From the human T2T-CHM13v2.0 reference genome, Homo sapiens, in the NCBI RefSeq assembly GCF_009914755.1, contig NC_060940.1: a DNA stretch of 64,000 nucleotides; one strand, given 5' to 3'. Both the position numbers and the translations under genes were made by a program. Below the pieces are notes generated by a model. That model saw only the letters and a program-made list of their open reading frames with translations, was not told the DNA's origin and did no database searches. Below, in pieces: positions 58,101-64,000 of this stretch (its first letter is position 1; each line of letters opens with the position of its first letter).

Positions 58101-59064
58101 ATCCACTTGATTCCATTTGACGATGATTCCATTCGTGTCCATTCGATGATTCCATTTGATTCCATATGATGATGATTCCATTCGATTCCATACGATGATG
58201 ATTCCATTCGAGTCCATTCAATGGTGATTCCATTCAATTCCATTCGATGATTCCTTTCGATTCCATTCAATGATGATGGCATTCGATTCCTTTCGATCAT
58301 TCCCTTTGATTCCATTCAAAGGTGATTTCATTCAAGTCCATTCGATAATTGCATTCGATTCCATTCTATGATGATTCCATTCGAGTCCATTTGATGATTC
58401 CATTCAATTCAAGTCAATGATGATTCCATTCGATTCCACTCGATGATTCCATTGGATTCCATTCGATGATGATTCCATTCAAATCCATTCGATAATTCAA
58501 TTCAAGTCCATTCGATGATGATTCCAATCGAATCCATTCAAAGATTCCACTCAATTCCATTCGATGATGATTCCCTTAGATTCCATTCGATGATTCCACT
58601 TGATTCCATTTACGATGATTCCATTCGATTCCATGTGATGATTCCATTCAATTCTATTCAATGATGTTTCCACTTGATTCCATTCGAACATGATTGCCTT
58701 TGATTCCATTCAATGATTCCATACGGTTCCATTTGATGATGATTCCATTCGAGTCCATTCGATGATTCCATTAGAGTACATTTAATGATTGCTTTGTTTT
58801 CAATTCGAAGATGATTACATTGGATTCCATTCTATGATACCATTCGATTCCATTCAATGATGATTCCACTCAAATCCATTGGATGATTCCATTCGTGTCC
58901 ATTCGGTGATTTCATTAGATTCCATTCGAGGATGATTCCATTCGATTCCATTCGATGATTCCATTCAATTCCATTCGATGATGATTCCATTCCAGTCCAT
59001 ATGATCATTCCATTTGATTTCATTCGATGATGATTCCATTCGATTCCATTCGATGATTCCATTC
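55111..59064 (+). repeat. 3,954-bp composite satellite block interrupting unit R3
   Basis: 55111-58740 parallels about 2075-5725; 58745-59064 parallels about 51555-51875; the R-unit path resumes at CAATTCCATTCTCCG where it was left. Confidence 0.8.
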
Positions 59065-62000
59065 AATTCCATTCTCCGATGATTTCTTTTGAGCCCATTC
59101 AATGCTTCCACTCGATTCCATATGATGATGACTCCATTTGATGAAATTCCATGATGATTCCATTCGCTTGCATTCGATGATGATTCCACTTGAGTCCGTT
59201 AGAAGATTCTATTCAATTACATTCCATGACGATTCTGTTCGAGTCCATTTGATGATTCCATTAGACTCCATTCGACGATGATTCCATTCGATGTTATTCG
59301 ATGATGATTCCATTCAACTCCATTCGATGTTTCCATTCGAGTTCATTCTATTATTCCATTAGATTCCATTCGATGATGATTCCATTCGATTCCATTTGAT
59401 GATTGCTTTCTATTTCATTTGATGATGATTCCATTCGAGTCCATTCGATGATTCCATTCGAGTCCATTTAATGAATCCATTGGTTTCAATTCTATGATGA
59501 TTACATTGGATTCCATTCGTTGATGATTTCATTCGATTCCATTCAATGATGATTCCATTCAATTCCATTCAATGATTCCATTCAATTCCATACGATGATG
59601 ATTCCATTTGATTTGATTCGACAGTGAGCCATTCGATTCAATTCCATGATGATTCTATTTGATTCAATTGGTTGACATTTCCATTCGATTCCATTCGATG
59701 ATGATTCCATTTGATTCCATTCAAAGATGATTCCATTCTAGCCCATTCAATCATTCCATTCGATTCTATTCAATGATGATTCCATTCATGTCGATTTGGT
59801 GATTCCATTTGACTTCATTTGATGATGATTCCTTTCAAGTTCATTAGATGATTCCATTCGATTCCATTTGATGATGATCCCATTCGAGTCCATTCAGTGA
59901 TTCCACTCGTTTCCATTCCATGATGATTCCATTCCATTCCATTCAATGATTCCATTCGATTCCGTTTGATGATGATTTCATTCGAGTCCATTTGATGATT
60001 CCATTTGATTCCATTCGATGATGATTACATTCGAGTCCATACGATGATTCCACTCAATTCCATATGATGATGATTCCATTCGATTCCATTCGATGATTCC
60101 ATTCTATTCTATTCAATGGTGATTCCATTCGAGTACATTAGATGATTCCATTCGATTCCATTCAATGATGATTCTATTTGTGTCCCTTAGATGGTTCCAC
60201 ATGATTCCATTTCATGATGATACTATTTGAGCCCATCCAATGATTCCCTTCGATTCCATTCGATGAGGATTCCATTCGATTCAATTCATTGGTGATTCTA
60301 TTCAATTCAATTCTTTGATTCCATTCCATTCCATTCGACAATGATTCCATTCGATTTCTTTCGATGATTCCACTCGATTCCACTTGACATTGATTCCCTT
60401 CGATTCCATTCAATGATTCCATTTGATTCCAGTGGATGATGATTGCCATCGATTCCATTCGATCACTCCATTCTATTCCATTTGATGATGATTACATTCG
60501 ATTCCATTTGACGATTCCATCTGATTCTATTCGAGGATTCCATTTGATTCCATTCGATGATGATTCCATTCGAGTCCATTCGATGATTTCATTCGAGTAC
60601 ATCCAATGATTCCATTCGAGTCCATTTGATGATTCCATTTGATTCCATTTGATAATGATTCTACTAGAGTCCATTCAATGACTCCATTGGAGTCCATTCA
60701 ACAATTCCATTCGACTCCATTTGATGATTCCATTCGATTCCATTTGATGATTCCATTCGAGTCCATTTAATCATTACAGTCGAGTCCATTTGGTGATTCC
60801 ACCGGATTTCTTTTGATAATGATACCATTCAATTACATTTGATGATGATCCCATTCAATTTCATTTGATGGTGATTCCATTAGAGTCCATTCGATGATTT
60901 CATTCGAGTCCCTTCATTGATTCCATCTGATTTCATTGTATGATGACTCCATTCGAGTCCATTCGATGATTCCACTCGATTCCATTAGATGATTCCATTG
61001 GAGTCCATTTGATTGTTCCATTCGATTCCATTCGATTCCTTTCGAAGATTATTCCATTTGAGTCCATTCGATGATGATTCCATTCCATTCCATTCGATGA
61101 TTCCGTTTGATTCCATTCGATGATTCCCTTCGATTCCTTTCTTTGATGATTCCATTCCATTCCATTCAATGATTCCATTCGAATCTATTCCATGATGATT
61201 CCTTTCGATTCCATTCGCTGATGTTTCCGTTCAATTCCATTCGATGATGATTCCATTCGATTCCATTCATTGAGGATTCCATTTGATTCCATTCAATGAT
61301 GATTCCGTTCTATTCCATTCAATGATTGCATTCAATTCCATTCAATGATTATCCCCTTAGAGTAAACTCAACGATTCCATTCAATACCATTCGATGATGA
61401 TTCCTTTTGAGTCCATTCAATGATTTCATTCAAGTCCATTTGATGATTCCTTTCAATTCCATTCTATGATGATTCCATTCGAGTCCATTCGATGATTCCA
61501 TTCGATTGCATTCGATGATTCCATTATATTCCAGTCAACGGTGATTCCATTCGAGTCCATTCGATGATTCCATTAGAGTACATTTAATGATTGCTTTGTT
61601 TTCAATTCGAAGATGATTACATTGGATTCCATTCTATGATACCATTCGATTCCATTCAATGATGATTCCACTCAAATCCATTGGATGATTCCATTCGTGT
61701 CCATTCGGTGATTTCATTAGATTCCATTCGAGGATGATTCCATTCGATTCCATTCGATGATTCCATTCAATTCCATTCGATGATGATTCCATTCCAGTCC
61801 ATATGATCATTCCATTTGATTTCATTCGATGATGATTCCATTCGATTCCATTCGATGATTCCATTCTATTCCATTCGATGATGATTCCATTCGAGTCCAT
61901 TCGATGATTCCATTCGAGTCCATTTAATGATTCCATTGGGTTCAATTCAATGATGATTACATTGGATTCCGTTCTATGATTCCATTCAATTCCGTTCATT

Positions 62001-64000
62001 GACAATTTGATTCCATTCGATGATGATTCCATTTGAGTTCATTCGATGATTCTATTCGATTCTCTTCGATGGTGATTCAATTCTATTATATTGGATGATT
62101 CCATTCGATTCCATTTGATGTTGATTCAATTCGATTCTATTCGATGATGATTCCATTGGATTTCACTTGATGATTCTATTCGATTCCATTCAATGATGAT
62201 TCACTTCTCGTCCATTGGATGATTCCATTTCATTCCATTCGATGATGATTCCATTCGATTCCATTCGATGATTCCATTTGATTCCATGCGACGGTGAGCA
62301 ATTCGATTCAATTCCATGATGATTCTATTTGATTCAATTAGATGATGTTTCCATTCGAATCCATTCCATGATTATTCCATTGGAATCCATTTGGCGATGA
62401 TTCCATATGAGTCAATTCAATGATGATTCCATATGGGTCCGTTCGATGAAAATTCCATTTGATTTCATTCAATGCTTCTATTCTATTCCAGTCGATGATG
62501 ATTCCGTTGGAGTCCATACGATGATTCCATTTGATTTCATTTGATGATGATTCCATTCGATGATGATTACATTGGATTCCATTCTATGATTCCATTCAAT
62601 TCCATTCGTTGATGATTCGATTCCATTCAATGATGATTCCATTTGAGTTCATTCGATGATTCTATTCGATTCCGTTCGATGGTGATTCAATTCTATTATA
62701 TTGGATGATTCCACTCTATTCCATTTGATGATTATTCCATTGGAGTCCACTTAGTGAATCCTTTAGATTCTACTCGAAGATGATTCCATTCGAGTCCATT
62801 CAATGATACCATTCAATTTCATTCGTTGATGCTTCCATTCAAGTGCATTCGATGATATCATTCGATTCCATTTGATGATAATTCCATTTGATTCCATGCG
62901 ATGATTCTATTCGATTCCATTCAATGATAATTCCATTCAATTCAGTGATTCCTCTGGACTCCATTTGATGATGATTCCATTCAATGATTCCATTCGATTC
63001 TATTCCAAAATGATTCCATTTGAATCCATTTGATGATGATTCCATTAGATTCCATTTGATGATTCCATTCGATTGCCTTTGACGATGATTCCATTCGATT
63101 CCATTTGATGATTCCATTCTATTCTATTCGATGATGATTCCATTCGATTCCATTTGATGATGATTGGATTCGATTCCATTTGATGATTTCATTTGATTCC
63201 ATTCTTTAATGATTTCGATCAATTCCATTCGATGATTCCATTTGATTCCATTCGATAATGATTACATCCGAGTCCATTCGATGATTCCATTTGAGCCCGT
63301 TCGATAATTCCATTTGAGTCCAATCAATGATTCCATTCATTTCCATTCAATGATTCCATTCGAGTCCATTTGATCATTCTGGTAGGGTCCGTTCGATGTT
63401 GATTCCATTGGAGTGCATTCGATTATTCCAGTCGAGTCCATTTTATGATTTGATTCGAGTCCTTTCGATGATTCCATTCGATTCCACTCGATGATGATTT
63501 CATTCGAGTCCATTCGACACTTCCAATCGATTCCATTTGATGTTTCCATTCGAGTCCAATTGATGATTCCATTCAATTCCATTCGATGATGATTCCGTAC
63601 GATTCCATTCTGTGATGATTCCATGTGATTGCATTCAATGATGATTCCTTTCGATTGCATTCGATTATGATTCATTTCGTGTTCATTCTATGGTTCCACA
63701 GGTTTCCATTCGATGACGTTTCCGTTCGTGTCCATTCCATTATTCCATTCTATTTCATTTGATGATGATTCCATTCGATTCCATTCATTGGTGATTCCAC
63801 TCAATTCCATTCAATGATTCCATTCCATTTCTTTCAACAATGATTCCATTAGTTTCTATTCGACGATCCACTTGATTCCATTTGGCGATGATTCCATTCG
63901 TGTCCATTCGATGATTCCATTTGATTCCATATGAGGATGATTCCATTCGATTCCATACGATGATGATTCCATTCGAGTCCATTCAACGGTGATTCCATTC
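59065..64000 (+). repeat. Continuation of unit R3 of the 6.1-kb domain (with 23-bp and 170-bp deletions), running off the window end
   Basis: ORFs 50502/60492, 50943/60933 and 51644/61634 are offset by 9,990; 52947/62839 and 53893/63785 by 9,892. Confidence 0.85.

Larger units (their letters stand above)
1..64000 (+). repeat. Human satellite II (HSat2/HSATII) pericentromeric tandem array, single orientation
   Basis: Continuous degenerate ATTCCATTCG(ATG)1-2 pattern with abundant CATTCGATTC and CATTCGAGTC; dense TCGA (TaqI) and GANTC (HinfI) sites. The GATGAT spacers and CpG-bearing CATTCG distinguish it from HSat3 (CATTC)n. No strand switch or non-satellite block seen. Confidence 0.97.

Noticed and set aside
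55098-59064. Calling the 3,954-bp block a mobile element with a 13-bp target-site duplication
   Set aside because: The flanking 13-mer is the satellite consensus found throughout; there are no terminal repeats, tail or coding capacity. Kept only as a rearrangement finding.
60001-60040. 170-bp deletion as a sign of nucleosome-length or alphoid periodicity
   Set aside because: Single event, adequately explained as a sum of 23- and 26-bp monomers.
777-63982. Numerous minus-strand ORFs (MESSNGIEWNHH-like) as protein-coding genes
   Set aside because: They are direct translations of GAATG/ATCATC repeats, overlap in several frames, show no recognisable domain and recur at the satellite period.
1-64000. 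CRISPR array or other prokaryotic repeat-spacer system
   Set aside because: No constant repeat alternating with unique spacers, no cas-like ORFs, and the sequence is typical primate satellite.
1-64000. HSat3, alpha satellite/CENP-B boxes or telomeric repeat
   Set aside because: Pure (CATTC)n runs are short, GATGAT spacers and CATTCG dominate, and I saw no 171-bp monomer or TTAGGG tract.
1-64000. Embedded Alu/L1/ERV insertion or an inversion
   Set aside because: No poly(A), GC-rich or otherwise non-satellite segment and no switch to GAATG on the + strand seen on reading.

Overview
The whole 64 kb is one uninterrupted, single-orientation array of human/hominid classical satellite II (HSat2/HSATII; CATTC-GATTC-GATGAT motifs, CATTC strand on +). 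It contains no gene, RNA gene, transposon or CRISPR array; the listed ORFs are satellite translation artefacts. The informative signal is the higher-order structure, read from offsets between identical ORFs and from landmark variants. A left domain (about 1.2-42.7 kb) consists of near-identical macro-repeat units of 13,505, 12,669 and 6,790 bp plus a truncated fourth unit, each complete unit carrying a nested 836/840-bp tandem sub-array of variable copy number. At about 42.74 kb the array switches to a more diverged domain with a period of about 6.1 kb, built from a subset of the same segments. That domain contains a 3,954-bp composite insertion, a 98-bp duplication and several 23-bp indels. 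Rearrangement junctions lie in 9-14 bp satellite microhomologies. I found no new protein-coding system; the best candidates for novelty are this satellite architecture and its rearrangement history. All comparisons were made by eye, not by alignment.
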